Position numbers and translations under genes: made by a program. Under the pieces are notes generated by a model. The model had not been told where the DNA came from, made no database searches, and was given only the letters and a program-made list of their open reading frames with translations. Positions 30,022 through 43,573 of a DNA stretch of 64,000 nt are shown in pieces. This DNA is from Macrostomum lignano (lineage: Eukaryota). Positions within the stretch are counted from its first letter, which is position 1. Each line of letters begins with the position of its first letter. The stretch spans positions 124,001 to 188,000 of the forward strand of contig NIVC01000860.1 in assembly GCA_002269645.1 (NCBI GenBank), in the 5' to 3' direction.

Positions 30022-31577
30022 CGAAGTTTGCCTGCAGGACGCTTGCCAGCCGACGTTTGCCAGCCGACGTTTGCCAGCCAACATCAAGTCAGTGAGTGAA
30101 AAATTTGATACTAAAATATACGCAGTTTAGCGGTTTGAAAAAACGTGTTTTTTACCGGTTATTTGCAAATATAAAAGTTCGAAAACAAAGTCTACACAAA
30201 TTATGCAGTTCATCAATGAAAAATCCAGTTCAACAACAATTCCTTTGAATGTGAAAATATTATAAAGTTTACTTTTGACAGTTTTGTATCGCTTTTCCCA
30301 CTTTGAGATGTTTGATTTTTGATTTGCGAATGAATTGACACGCAAATTTAAACGGGTCCAGCGAGCAAAGTTTTGAGCAAATAAAAGAACTGCTAGCTTA
30401 TATATTTCCCAGTTCATCGAGAGATCCAAACGTAAGCGAATTAATTCCAATGCAGCTTGTCAAGTGCACGCTGTCATGGCCAAACTCCGTTAAGCAGAGT
30501 TCGGCTTTTGAGTTAAGTATAGGCGAGACTAAGCCAATACCATTATTGATGTCTCAGTCTTTTCCCATTTAGCTTGTAAACACTTAGCTTGTTAGGCCAC
30601 TGAGATGGAAAGGGCCATTCATAGACATACATAGACATCAACTGTGACAATGGAAACTCCTATTTTGTGTTTTTTACCTTCCTGTTTAGGCAGACAAGAG
30701 CAATGAATTCAATAAGCCTGAACAGTAGTTTGTTAGTAACCTGTATATTTAATAGCAGTAGTAGGGAGCAAGGTGGAATTAGATTAGTGCTATGTCCACA
30801 GTTTTCATATGCAAGTACATGTAAGCTTAGAGAGGGCATAATTCTTTAACCCACTACCGCATGCAAATGTCCGGCTGGCAAACGTCGGCTGGCAAACGTC
30901 GGCTGGCAAACGTCGGCTGGCAAACGTCGGCTGGAAAACGTCGGCTGGCAAACGTCGGCTGGCAAACGTCGGCTGGCAAACGTCGGCTGGAAAACGTCGG
31001 CTGGCAAACGTCGGCTGGCAAACGTCGGCTGGCAAACGTCGGCTGGAAAACGTCGGCTGGCAAACGTCGGCTGGAAAACGTCGGCTGGCAAACGTCGGCT
31101 GGCAAACGTCCGGCAGGCAAACGTCGGCTGGCAAACGTCGGCTGGCAAACGTCGGCTGGCAAACGTCGGCTGGAAAACGTCGGCTGGCAAACGTCGGCTG
31201 GCAAACGTCGGCTGGAAAACTTCGGCTGGCAAACGTCGGCTGGCAAACGTCGGCTGGCAAACGTCGGCTGGCAAACGTCGGCTGGCAAACGTCGGCTGGC
31301 AAACGTCGGCTGGAAAACGTCGGCTGGCAAACGTCGGCTGGCAAACGTCGGCTGGCAAACGTCGGCTGGCAAACGTCGGCTGGCAAACGTCGGCTGGCAA
31401 ACGTCGGCTGGCAAACGTCGGCTGGCAAACGTCGGCTGGCAAACGTCCGGCAGGCAAACATCGGCTGGCAAACGTCGGCTGGCAAACGTCGGCTGGAAAA
31501 CGTCGGCTGGCAAACGTCGGCTGGCAAACGTCCGGCAGGCAAACGTCGGCTGGCAAACGTCCGGCAGGCAAACTTCG
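30022..31577. mobile_element. Inverted-repeat element whose arms are arrays of a 14-bp unit (GGCAAACGTCGGCT): ~4 units left, ~50 units right
   Basis: CGAAGTTTGCCTGC at 30022 is the reverse complement of GCAGGCAAACTTCG ending at 31577; the large array spans 30866-31577. Confidence 0.65.
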
Positions 31578-32455
31578 TAGACCCGCCCTAATTAGGATCC
31601 TGCCAGCCTTCTGGTAGTTGCTCTGACGCTCCTCCTGGGTGTTTGGCTGTTGTCTGGTCAGCAGCTCGACGACATGGTTGTCTCGGCCACGTATGCAGCG
31701 AATGGCTGCTTCTCGACCGCCTAGACGACATACAGCTTGAGTCTCCCTGATCGCCTTCACATACAAGTCGATTGCTTGGATGCCGTTTCCGGAAACGCGG
31801 AAACCGTGGAAGTTCACTGTAAAGTTGGGCGAAGACGCACTTATCGTTGAGCACGATGCTGTTCTCTCGAATTGAATGAGGTGTGAAGAAAGCGTATCGA
31901 AAATTGATAACAGGGGCATTGAGCAAGAAGCAAGTAAAAACAGTATGTTAGCAAGTTTTAGGGATAAGATGACATTGTCAAATGCGATTTCTTCGTAATA
32001 ATGAACATGGAATTAATGCGTTTATGAAGGCAGGGAAAACTTTTGTCCTGAAAGCCCCCTTCATGACAACTAGCTCGTACTCTCCAATGTTTCCACAGAC
32101 AATGCTGATTCGAACTCCTATTTAAAGAGGATTAACTAGAGCCAAATTGCGGCTGTTAAAGTACAGTTCAAGAGGGGTTTTACTCGGTGAGAAAGTGAAA
32201 TTGTCTTCGAAGAGAAATGGGAAATAATCTTATTGTAAGCACTGATTAGACCACTCGTGCTTTTTTACGGCTTCTTAAAGAAATAATTGTGACGTAGAAA
32301 ACAGCTAATCTAACGGGAATTTAAAAAAATAATTTTCAATCTTGGAAGTGTTTAAGAAATGTTTCTATTTTGCTTTACTTGTCAAGAAGTAAATTGTCTT
32401 CGTAAGGTTGCAAAGGTTTGGGGTTGGATGCTGTTCTTACTCGGTCTCCACTGAA

Positions 32456-32768
32456 CAAGGACGTCGCCATGGATTTTATGGTAGGGGGGGGGGACAAAGC
32501 CGAGAATTCTACATGTACATGTACATGACTAAATTTCTATATGTAAATTATTTCCGAATCGGCGTTTTCATCAATAATTTTGGCGCCGCATGCAGGCACT
32601 CATTTTAGCGTCGCAGGCACTCATTTTGGCGCTGCAGGCACTCATTTTAGCGCCGCAGGCACTCATTTTGGTGTTGCAGGCGCTATGTTATGTCGCCCTG
32701 AACCAAAATTATTGACTTTCCATAACGGGTCAACAAGGTGTGGTTGGGGGACAAAGCATTGGCATCGC
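32456..32768 (+). mobile_element. Truncated copy of the hAT MITE at 42625-43383 (about 5 internal 21-bp units)
   Basis: Shares CGTCGCCATGGATTTTATGG, the GCAGGCACTCATTTTAGCGCC units and GGGGACAAAGCATTGGCAT; right TIR missing. Confidence 0.8.
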
Positions 32769-33132
32769 GGTGCATTGTGTACTCTTTCTGGGCTAACATT
32801 GAGGTCTTAGGAGCCTTCTGAATAAAATAAGATGGTCCACCATGTCAAACTCACTTTTTGGCAGACTAAAAGAAAACATCGTGTGGAACTAGCGGCATAA
32901 AATAGAGCTGGAATTCAATTTTTCTGTCTGGCAACCAATAAAAAACCGCGGCAGCCTCACTAGTTTTGGATTGGCTGACAATTTTTGTATATTTGCCCAT
33001 AAATCTGATGCGCGGTGAAGAGCGCAACACTTGGACCTGGTTCTGTAGGTGAACTGCAGCCGTTAGTGGATTACCAACTCTTTGAGGTAAGACCGAGCAT
33101 TTGGGTGGTTTGAAAACACAGAATTAAAGCTA

Positions 33133-34126
33133 AAGTCTGTGCCAGTCTGTGCTAGTCAGTGCCAGTCAGTGCCAGTAAGTGCCAGTCAGTGCCAGTCAGT
33201 GTGTCTCAGTGCCAGTAAGTGCCAGTCAGTGCCAGTCAGTGTGTCTCAGTGCCAGTAAGTGCCAGTCAGTGCCAGTCAGTGTGTCTCAGTGCCAGTAAGT
33301 GCCAGTCAGTGCCAGTAAGTGCCAGTCAGTGCCAGTAAGTGCCAGTCAGTGCCAGTCAGTGTGTCTCAGCTCCAGTCAGTGTGTCTCAGTGCCAGTCAGT
33401 GTGTCTCAGTGCCAGTCAGTGTGTCTCAGCTCCAGTCAGTGTGTCTCAGCTCCAGTCAGTGTGTCTCAGCTCCAGTCAGTGTGTCTCAGGGCCAGTCAGT
33501 GTGTCTCAGCTCCAGTCAGTGTGTCTCAGCTCCAGTCAGTGTGTCTCAGCTCCAGTCAGTGTGTCTCAGCTCCAGTCAGTGTGTCTCAGCTCCAGTCAGT
33601 GTGTCTCAGCTCCAGTAAGTGTGTCTCAGCTCCAGTCAGTGTGTCTCAGCTCCAGTCAGTGTGTCTCAGTGCCAGTCAGTGTGTCTCAGCTCCAGTCAGT
33701 GTGTCTCAGCTCCAGTCAGTGTGTCTCAGTGCCAGTCAGTGTGTCTCAGTGCCAGTCAGTGTGTCTCAGTGCCAGTCAGTGTGTCTCAGTGCCAGTCAGT
33801 GTGTCTCAGCTCCAGTCAGTGTGTCTCAGTGCCAGTCAGTGTGTCTCAGCTCCAGTCAGTGTGTCTCAGTGCCAGTCAGTGTGTCTCAGCTCCAGTCAGT
33901 GTGTCTCAGTGCCAGTCAGTGTGTCTCAGCTCCAGTCAGTGTGTCTCAGTGCCAGTCAGTGTGTCTCAGCTCCAGTCAGTGTGTCTCAGCTCCAGTCAGT
34001 GTGTCTCAGCTCCAGTCAGTATGTCTCAGCTCCAGTCAGTGTGTCTCAGCTCCAGTCAGTGTGTCTCAGCTCCAGTCAGTGTGTCTCAGCTCCAGTCAGT
34101 GTGTCTCAGTGCCAGTCAGTGTGTCA
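33133..34126. repeat. 10/20-bp minisatellite (CAGTCAGTGTGTCTCAGCTC)
   Basis: Directly visible. Confidence 0.95.
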
Positions 34127-34756
34127 TTATGCATAACAAAGCGCTCGTCTGTCTTGGTTGGCATGGGGGGGGCAAGTTTAACTCAATGTGAAGATGGAGA
34201 GGAGATGGGGGGCTGCACCCAATGGCTGCCATAAAAGCAGGTAGCCAAGCAATTAACACCTGACCAACAGAAGCGTCTCGCACGCAAAATAACTCCGAAA
34301 AATTTTATTGTCAGCACCTTATTAGCATAACAAAAGTTTTATAATTATTGGGACAGTCTCTGCCGCTCCGGGGCCGGTTGGAAGAATCACATTTTATTAC
34401 CTTGGGCTCCTTATGGCGTACTTCAGAAGCACCTTTTCTTTATGGGAGCCACGCTAGGGAGTGAAAAACTTCTCGAGTGGGTACGGCCACGATTTACTGC
34501 CTAAAAAACCCATTTTCTTAGCAAAATACAAGCACTGCACACAACTAAGGCGTGACTTTGTCTTTGTGTAAGCTGGAAGTATTCAAAAAGATTTTAAATT
34601 TTGTCAGAAAAGCAGCAAACCCCGTGAGTACAGTGATTTAGGTGAGCGAAACTTACCAGTTGAGTGCTTTTGAAATCTAAGACTCTTTCTTATACCTGAC
34701 AGCTTCCGTGTACCTTTTCAGGACTGCCTGATATAAGTGTGCAGGTTTTTTACCGG

Positions 34757-35600
<844 letters not shown>

Positions 35601-35786
35601 CATTGTTTAGATAGTCCGATATCCACTAAACAACCGCGTCTTTTAGCTACGACAAATGGTTCACCAATACGTAGGGATTTTGGCACGTCATAACAAGATT
35701 CTGTTATTCTTTCCCCAAACCTCCTAACATTTCCTCGCAAACCCTATTGATACACTGCAGCCGTAAGCTGGATTTTGGTTGTCAAG

Positions 35787-37425
35787 ATGATTTTCGAAGT
35801 CGCGAATCTCCGCAGCCTGCTGCTAACTGCTGCTTTGTTGGCCACTCTTGGCAACTGCACGCTGCTTGACGATGAGTACCGACTGGAGCGTCACCTGAAG
35901 TCTCTGGAGTATAGCACCAACATTGTGCCCATCCGGGATAAGACAAAGACGAGACAGGTGAAACGTTTTGCACGCACGCGTAGCATTCCGAGAGTACAGT
36001 TTAATATTATGAGCTAGAGTGACAAGTGGATGCGGGTAGTCATTGGTCTGCTCACCTATCTAAGTAAGGGTGTCTTTGGCAGGATGATAGCTAACCGTGA
36101 GAGATTAAAGGTGAAAGATTCGATAAATATCGCAAGTTTTTTATTCAGTTACAAATAAAAGACTTCTCTGCAGCAAGTCAACATTAATTTAATCAATTCA
36201 CTGTATGGGCTCAGATTTTTAATTGATTGATTTCTAACCAGAACAATAATTATATCTTTAAGTAATAGCTCGTACCGCACCAATGCAGGTTATATTTATG
36301 GCCTTCCATCCGGTGAGCCTCGTTGAGCTGAACGGCGCTAGCCAGGTCATCAAAGTGATGGGGATGCTCAGCATTCGCTGGTTCGATGAAGTGCTGGTGT
36401 GGAACAAGACCCACTTTAACGTGTCCTTCTTGCGCCGGACTCCTGAGGAGATCTGGTACCCCAGCGTCTACGTGTTCAATGGCAACAGCATTCTGAAGCC
36501 CGAGCTGCCGATCGGCCTGTACCACCTCAACAGCTCCGTCACAATGGCCTACGCAGTCTTCAAGCAGACCTTCGAGGTCAACTGCCAGATGAACATGAGC
36601 AAGTTTCCCTACGACACGCAGGCTTGCCAAATCATTCTGGTCGTGGACTACGACACGGATATACCTCCGGTACTGAGCCTGCAGGACCGCAAACGCAACT
36701 ACAGAGCTGCCTACTTTGAGCACAGCGAGTGGCGCCTCGCAGACCTGCGCAGCCAGCCAGAGAACCTGTGGTTCAATTTTTCCCAGGTCGACCAGACTAA
36801 AAACACGCTGCAAGCCTTTGTTGTCAGGATGGAGTTCCAGCGCCTCGGACTGTACTACACTCGCAACATCGTCATTCCGGTTACTATGCTCACTATACTG
36901 CAGATGCTCGTGTTTGTCATTCCGATCGAGAGCAACGAGAAAATTACGTTCGGAGTGACGCTACTACTGGCCTTCACCATCTATATGCTGCTGTTTGAGA
37001 AGCTCATTCCCAAGGCTCCGACTGTGCCTGCAATCTTCTCCTTCATCACGAGCGCTGTTGTGCTGTCGGCCGTGTCAGTGCTACTCAGCTGCTGCGTGCT
37101 GGTTGTGTACTACATGCACGAAGAGCTGCCTATGCCGCAGTCCGTGCACTGGCTGCTGTTTGACATTCTGGCCCGTCTGCTTCGCGTCCACCTGCCCGCC
37201 CAGTACCGTCGCCGCCCACAACATGCGGGAGTCGCGACTGCCGTTCTGGAGCTCAATGGCCAGGAACTGCTGCCCAACCAGCAGCCGCAGCCGTCAACAA
37301 CTCTGAAGCCGCAGCTCCGACACCGTTGGCGCCTCGCTGCTCAGGTTCTGGAGCGATTGCTGACGCTGCTGAGCATCCTGTGCGTGTGCGGGCTGTTGGG
37401 AAATTATTACAGGACCTTGCTGTGA
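35787..37425 (+). CDS. Cys-loop ligand-gated ion channel subunit (nAChR-like, non-alpha); exons 35787-35957 and 36289-37425
   Basis: Signal peptide; phase-0 GT-AG intron; WYP loop A; Cys loop CQMNMSKFPYDTQAC; M1-M4 with ESNEKITFGVTLLL; no vicinal Cys pair. Confidence 0.9.
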
Positions 37426-37884
37426 ACAGGCTGAGCTTTGATCATGCGACTAAAAGACACTTTTAGCGGAACGTTGATCGAGCCGTGCATGAAGTTCGTT
37501 GGAACTTGTCAAGTGCGCGCCCGATTCTTCAAGAGATCCAATGATAACTGAGAGTTTCATAGCCATGAAGTGATAAGTTTTCACAATTTGTGACACAGTC
37601 AGTGACCTTTTCTAGTTGGTCTCGTTGTATTGACACTAGAATCGAAATCGACATTAGCACACTTTATTGCCCACTATACCATCTGAACTATTTGCTTGTT
37701 CCACTTCCATGACGACTTTTTATCAATTTGGAAATGTGAAACCAAGCAATCAATAATCTCTGTTGAACTCTTGCTGATCGTCTTGCCCTGATCGTATGTT
37801 TAATCTGCTTGATGGTCGACGCCATTGTATATATTCCATAATTTCTAGACCAGGAGCTACCCTACTTCACTAGTGACAATGTTA

Positions 37885-38130
37885 GCTGATCAAGTTCCAA
37901 AAACATTAGCTGATCAAGTCCCAAAACATTAGCTGATGAAGTCCCAAAACATTAGCTGATCAAGTTCCAAAAACATTAGCTGATCAAGTTCCCAAAACAT
38001 TAGCTGATCAAGTTCCAAAAACATTAGCTGATCAAGTCCCAAAAACATTAGCTTTAGCTGATCAAGTCCCAAAAACATTAGCTGATCAAGTCCCAAAACA
38101 TTAGCTGATCAAGTCCCAAAAACATTAGCG
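37885..38130. repeat. 24-25-bp tandem repeat (TTAGCTGATCAAGTCCCAAAAACA) x ~10
   Basis: Directly visible. Confidence 0.9.
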
Positions 38131-38657
38131 TATTATGCGAGCGTATTTCGGAGAGATTTTGGTTTGGTTTTAGCCCGTAATACAAAAATTTTTGTCGGTA
38201 TTAATCTTAATCCTTGCCTGTTTTTCCATCGTAAAAAATTCTCGTGAACAAACTTATTTATCATATCGCTGGACCTCGTCACTACGTCTGTTTTAAAAGT
38301 CAGCTTCGAGCTATCAGTGACATTTAAAATGACTCTAATTGTGTTATGCCACAATCAATTTTAAATATTTGACGTATTTTTATCAACTCACTGATGTCAC
38401 CTGGTGTTGGTTTGTTTTGCCGCATTCTTCCATTGCTACTGTGTGTTGAAGTATAGCTCGTAGGTTGCATATTGACGCTCATACAATTTTTGAAAAAGGC
38501 CACTAGAGAGTAAAAAAACAGTGACTGACTTCTTGTAATTTTTTTCTAGCTCGTACTTAGATTTGAGTAGCTGTGCTTTCGTAATATTTTGTTTGGTTTC
38601 AAAGAATTTAAAACGCACTTTGAAATCATCACACTCTTCCAGCAGCTGAGACAAATC

Positions 38658-39859
38658 ATAGCGACTCGTCGACAGCAACAGCTCCCGCTGCTGCTGCTGC
38701 TGCTGCTACTGCTACTGACTGCTTCAGCGGTTCTCGCCGACTCCAAAGAACTGGCACTTCAACGGTATCTTGACAGTCGCGCCGTCAGCCGAAACATCTG
38801 GCCTCTGAAAGTTGACAGTCCTGAGGCCGCGTGGTCCCTGGTCGTCGACTTCGCGCCCCTAGCCCTGGTGCAGTTGGACTCCACATCCCAGTCGCTCAAA
38901 CTGCTCGCCTCTCTGCAAATCGACTGGCCCGATGAGGTCAACGTGTGGGACGTCGGCCGCCATCCGCTACGACTGACGCATCGACGACCATCGGAGCTCT
39001 GGCACCCGACGGTGTTGCTGCAGAATGCTCTGGACAGTTCGAGCGGCCTGCTGAAACCGCAGGGCTCGATCTTGCTGCGTCACCAGGCTAACAATAAAAC
39101 CCTAGGAAGCATGAAAATCCGTCAGGTCTTCGATGTTGGCTGTTTGGCCGATATTCGAAAGTTCCCTCACGACACTCTGTACTGCGATCTGGTCTTCGTG
39201 GTGATGGAGCGCCGCCCAACGCCGAAGCTATTGCACTTCGCCCGGTGCCAACATCTGGTTACGTTGCTCACAGCGAGTGGCAGCTCATGAATGTCAGCAC
39301 GCGAACAAAGGTTGAGCTGTTTCCGGGTTACCTGGAGCAGGTCCCAGCCCTCACTGTTGCACTGCAGTTTCAGCGGAACGGAGATTTCTATCAGCGAAAC
39401 CTGGTGCTGCCAGTCTGCGTACTGACGGTCCTGCACGTCGTGGTGTTCGCGGTGCCCGCCCAGCCAAGCCGCAAGCTGACGCTGGGAAGCAGCATCCTGC
39501 TCGGCTTCATTCTCTACCTGTTGCTGTTTGAGCAGATCATACCAAAGTCGCAGCAGCTACCATCGATTTTCTTTGCCTTCCACGCCGCTTTGATTTTCTC
39601 TGTCGCGACCATCGTGTTGGCGGCCGGGGTGCTGATCATGTACCACAAGAGGGGCCGGGGACCGCCGAGGTGCCTGCAGATGCTGCTGGTTCGCCTGCTT
39701 GGCAGCTGCGTGTTGCTGCCGGCTGAGCGGACGCTGAGCAGCTCGTCGCGACCGCGGCAGCTGTGGCGGGGGGCCGCCAAGGTCGCCGACCGAGCCCTGA
39801 CCATCGTTGCAGTTGTGGTGGCAGCCATCTGCGTTGCGAGTTTCTCGCGATATTCCTAG
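38658..39859 (+). pseudogene. Second Cys-loop channel subunit, intronless in view, with a 1-nt frameshift near 39240 and no in-frame ATG
   Basis: Poly-Leu signal peptide, LWHP loop A, Cys loop CLADIRKFPHDTLYC and M1-M4. One extra C in GCCCGG (~39240) joins ORFs 38589 and 39245. ATA at 38658 sits where a start codon is expected. Confidence 0.8.
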
Positions 39860-40817
39860 ACATGGAATTCATGGAAGTTGCACAATTAAGTGAACAATCG
39901 ATTTTGCAGTCGTGGACCCTGCGGTTGAGGCTACTGGTTTATAATTATTCTTAAGTGGATTTAACTGGTTTGAATGGGTAGAGTGCGGTCACCAGGTCCC
40001 TGATTTTCTCTAATCCTTCAGCGATCCTTCAGCGATCCTTCAGCGATTCCTTTAGTGATCAAAGAATAAAGGCAGGAAACCAAAAGATTTATTTACCTGA
40101 AGGTTTACCTGAAACTGAGTAACGTAGAAATGAGCATGCAATAGGTATTACAGTTACTTGTCCTAAAATTAGTGCAGATTTAGTTAGGCATTGACTACCT
40201 TGGTGTACTGTTATGGGCATCGACTACCTGTAACAGTTTTACGTATTCCCCCAATTTCTATTATTCTTGATCTTACCTCTATATTTACCTTGAAGTTAGA
40301 ATAAGCTTCAACACTGACACCCAACTTAAAAACCCTTTTGTCTCCCCGAGCTTCAAATGCCCGATACTTATAAGGAACTCCTAAATTCGCGATCTAATCT
40401 AATCCTAAGCTGAAACTATTGGTAGTAGTGCAAAAGCATTTCTGCACTAATACAATATTTTGCCACATCTTTTAACATCGCTGAAAACTTTGTAACGATT
40501 AAAAGTACGTAATTGTGCATAAAGATGCTGGTTTTAAGCACTGAAAAAGTAGGAAATCTTCGTAGACAGGTTTATTTGAATGCAAAGTAATAAAATACAG
40601 CTATGGCGGCCTGCCTTTTGTAATTTTTGTCAATTTCAACTACAATAAACATGTTAATCGTAATTCAGTGTCTCGGACCTGCGACCAAAAATGAGACCAA
40701 AAAATCCATTTCCGCCGTCAAACGCTACCGTTACGATTATTTGAATGGTTTATTCCTATCGGGAATTGAAGTGGGGGCTCAACTGTCTCACCCCGACTGT
40801 CTCACTGAGACACTTGA

Positions 40818-41265
40818 GAGAGGAGACACAGGGAGAGGAGACGCAGGGAGAGGAGACACCGGGAGAGGAGACACTGGGAGAGGAGACACATGGAGAGGAT
40901 ACACAGGGAGAGGAGACACTGGGAGAGGAGACACAGGGAGAGGAGACACAGGGAGAGGAGACACAGGGAGAGGAGACACAGGGAGAGGAGACACAGGGAG
41001 AGGAGACACAGGGAGAGGAGACACAGGGAGAGGAGACACAGGGAGAGGAGACACAGGGAGAGGAGACACAGGGAGAGGAGACACAGGGAGAGGAGACACA
41101 GGGAGAGGAGACACAGGGAGAGGAGACACAGGGAGAGGAGACACAGGGAGAGGAGACACAGGGAGAGAAGACACAGGCAGAAACGGGGAGAGGAGACACA
41201 GAAAGAGAAGACACAGGCAGAAACGGGGAGAGGAGACACCGGGAGAGTAGACACATGTAGAGGAG
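40818..41265. repeat. 15-bp minisatellite (GAGAGGAGACACAGG)
   Basis: Directly visible. Confidence 0.95.
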
Positions 41266-41760
41266 ACAAGGAGAGAGGTAGCAGCAAGGGATTTGAAGTC
41301 CTCGTACAATGGATTGGCGTCATGTGCAAAAAAGGTCGTCATAAACTTTTATCAACAGTCGCGGGACATCATGACGTGTTTCAATCCTTTTCATCCCCAC
41401 AGCATTTGACCAGACAGAAAAATGTGGCACTGGATTTATTTGCTACAGTGGGAAAAGTTCGGGGAAAGCAAAGTATTCTCTGCCCCAAAATCCAACAAGC
41501 ATAAATGGAAAATTACAGTCATTATTAGTCAGGAATGCGACCCTCCCTCCGTCGCAAAGGGGCTGGTTTAGGGTTCGATTCTTTGTCAAATAAAAATACG
41601 TTTTTTGGGAGCGGCCTTAGAAACTCTTGAGTGGTCGAAAAAGACGAACATCGCCCTGATTCAACCCTCAGAAAGCAAAAAGATGTCTACTGTGGAAACT
41701 TCCTGTAGTGTGCCATCTCCACTATTCAATTCATATTCCCTAACTTTAACTCCCTACTGT

Positions 41761-42121
41761 AAGGGGGGCCGTAGCCCAGCGGTAGCGCAGCTGCTCTGGT
41801 GTGCCAGCGACCCAGGCTCGATTCCAAGTGCAGTCACATTAATTTGGGGCTGAATTGGAATCTCGGCTTGGCTCTGCTCGTGCAATTAACGGCCTTGAGA
41901 GCCAACCCCCCAAGGCGCAGTGAAATGTACATGCCTAACGATAATATAAAGTTAGGGCCGCTGTACACTCCTGTGTGAGTGTGTGCCTGCGTACGTATCC
42001 GCGCGCTTGTATGCCTGCTCTGGGGAGTCGGCGAAATGGGCAGTAATGCCTCTCGCCGGTTGTGTGCCTATGTCGCTTAAAGTGCGCCAGGGTGCACACA
42101 ACCCCCTGCCTCTAAAAAAAA
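41761..42121 (+). mobile_element. Full-length tRNA-derived SINE (family B) with A-tail and 13-bp TSD
   Basis: A box TAGCCCAGCGG (41772), B box GGCTCGATTCC (41815), A-tail, TSD AACTCCCTACTGT at 41748-41760 and 42122-42134. Related fragments at ~46975-47050 (+), ~60710-60790 (-) and ~63565-63720 (-). Confidence 0.85.
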
Positions 42122-42624
42122 AACTCCCTACTGTTGATGACTACTACACTGCAGCATTGAACTGGACAAGCGTGAAATATTTATATTTGGCCAAGGAAAG
42201 TGCGCTAAAAATTTTGAAATGTCTAACAGTTTAATTGTGTCCTATCTGTAGTAACCTCTATTTGAATGCAGTTTCAAGCGCAGGACATTTTTAGGGCACA
42301 ATCAAAGTTCATGACGAACATGCATTTTTCAACACTACCTACTAGCTTTAGATAATACGAAGTTATATAATGGCAATCTAGAAATGTCGTACAATCAGGC
42401 ATGTACACTCTGCACTTTGGGGTTGGCCCTCAAAGCTGTGAATCGCACGGGACCACCCTCAGGAAATTTTTTCTGATCGAACCAAGAAGCTGTTGAAATA
42501 AGCAAAGACACATTTGACAGAAAAACTTCAGGCCACGGTTTCATTTTATTTGTTGACTACCAGAACCACACGGTGATGATTGAATTTATAGTTTTAAAGA
42601 TCGGTGTCCGAAGAGGTGCATAGA

Positions 42625-43383
42625 CCGGGGCGTCGCCATGGATTTTATGGTGGGGGACAAAGCCGAAAATCCTACATGTAGCTCGTACATGACTAAATTT
42701 CTACATGTAAATTATTTCCGAATCAGCGTTGTCATCGATCATTCTAGCGCAGGTGCCATTTTGGCGCCGCAGGCACTCATTTTAGTGCCCCAGGCACTCA
42801 TTTTGGCGCCGCAGGCTCTCATTTTAGCAATGCAGGCACTTATTTTAGCGCCGCAGGCACTCATTTTAGCACCGCAGGCACTCATTTTAGCACCGCAGGC
42901 ACTCATTTTAGCGTCGCAGGCACTCAATTTAGCGTCGCAGGCACTCATTTTAGCGCCACTGGCACTCATTTTGGCGCCACAGGCACTCATTTTAGCGCCA
43001 CGGGCACTCATTTTAGCGCCACAGGCACTCATTTTGGCGCCACAGGCACTCATTTCAGCGCCACAGGCACTCATTTTAGCGCCGCGGGCACTCATTTTAG
43101 CGCCACAGGCACTCATTTTGGCGCCGCGGGCACTCATTTTAGCACCGCGGGCACTCATTTTAGCGCCGCAGGCAGTCATTTTAGCGCCGCAGGCAGTAAT
43201 TTTAGCGCCGCAAGCACTATGTTTTGTCGATCTAAAGCAAAAATTTTGATTTCCATAACGGGTTAATCAGGTGGGGTTGGGGGGGGGACGGGACAAAGCA
43301 TTGGCATGTCCCCCACATAGCTTTTACTGGGGGGGGGGGGGGTATGTCCCCACTGCCCCCCCCACCCGGTGGCGACGCCCCTG
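42625..43383 (+). mobile_element. hAT MITE with 14-bp TIRs, 8-bp TSD and an internal 21-bp array (~22 units)
   Basis: CCGGGGCGTCGCCA...TGGCGACGCCCCTG; TSD TGCATAGA at 42617-42624 and 43384-43391. Confidence 0.92.
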
Positions 43384-43573
43384 TGCATAGAGGATGAAAA
43401 AGACAATTAAAAGAAGGTTATTGCTAAAACACTATTTTAACACTTTGTGGTGCATTCTGTGCATGCATTCGTGGCGCATCCATTAGGGCAAACCACCGAG
43501 CTATTGTTTCCTGACGCGTGATAGAGAAATAATCAATAAAACAGAGCGCTGAGCATCACCAGCTGTTCACAGA

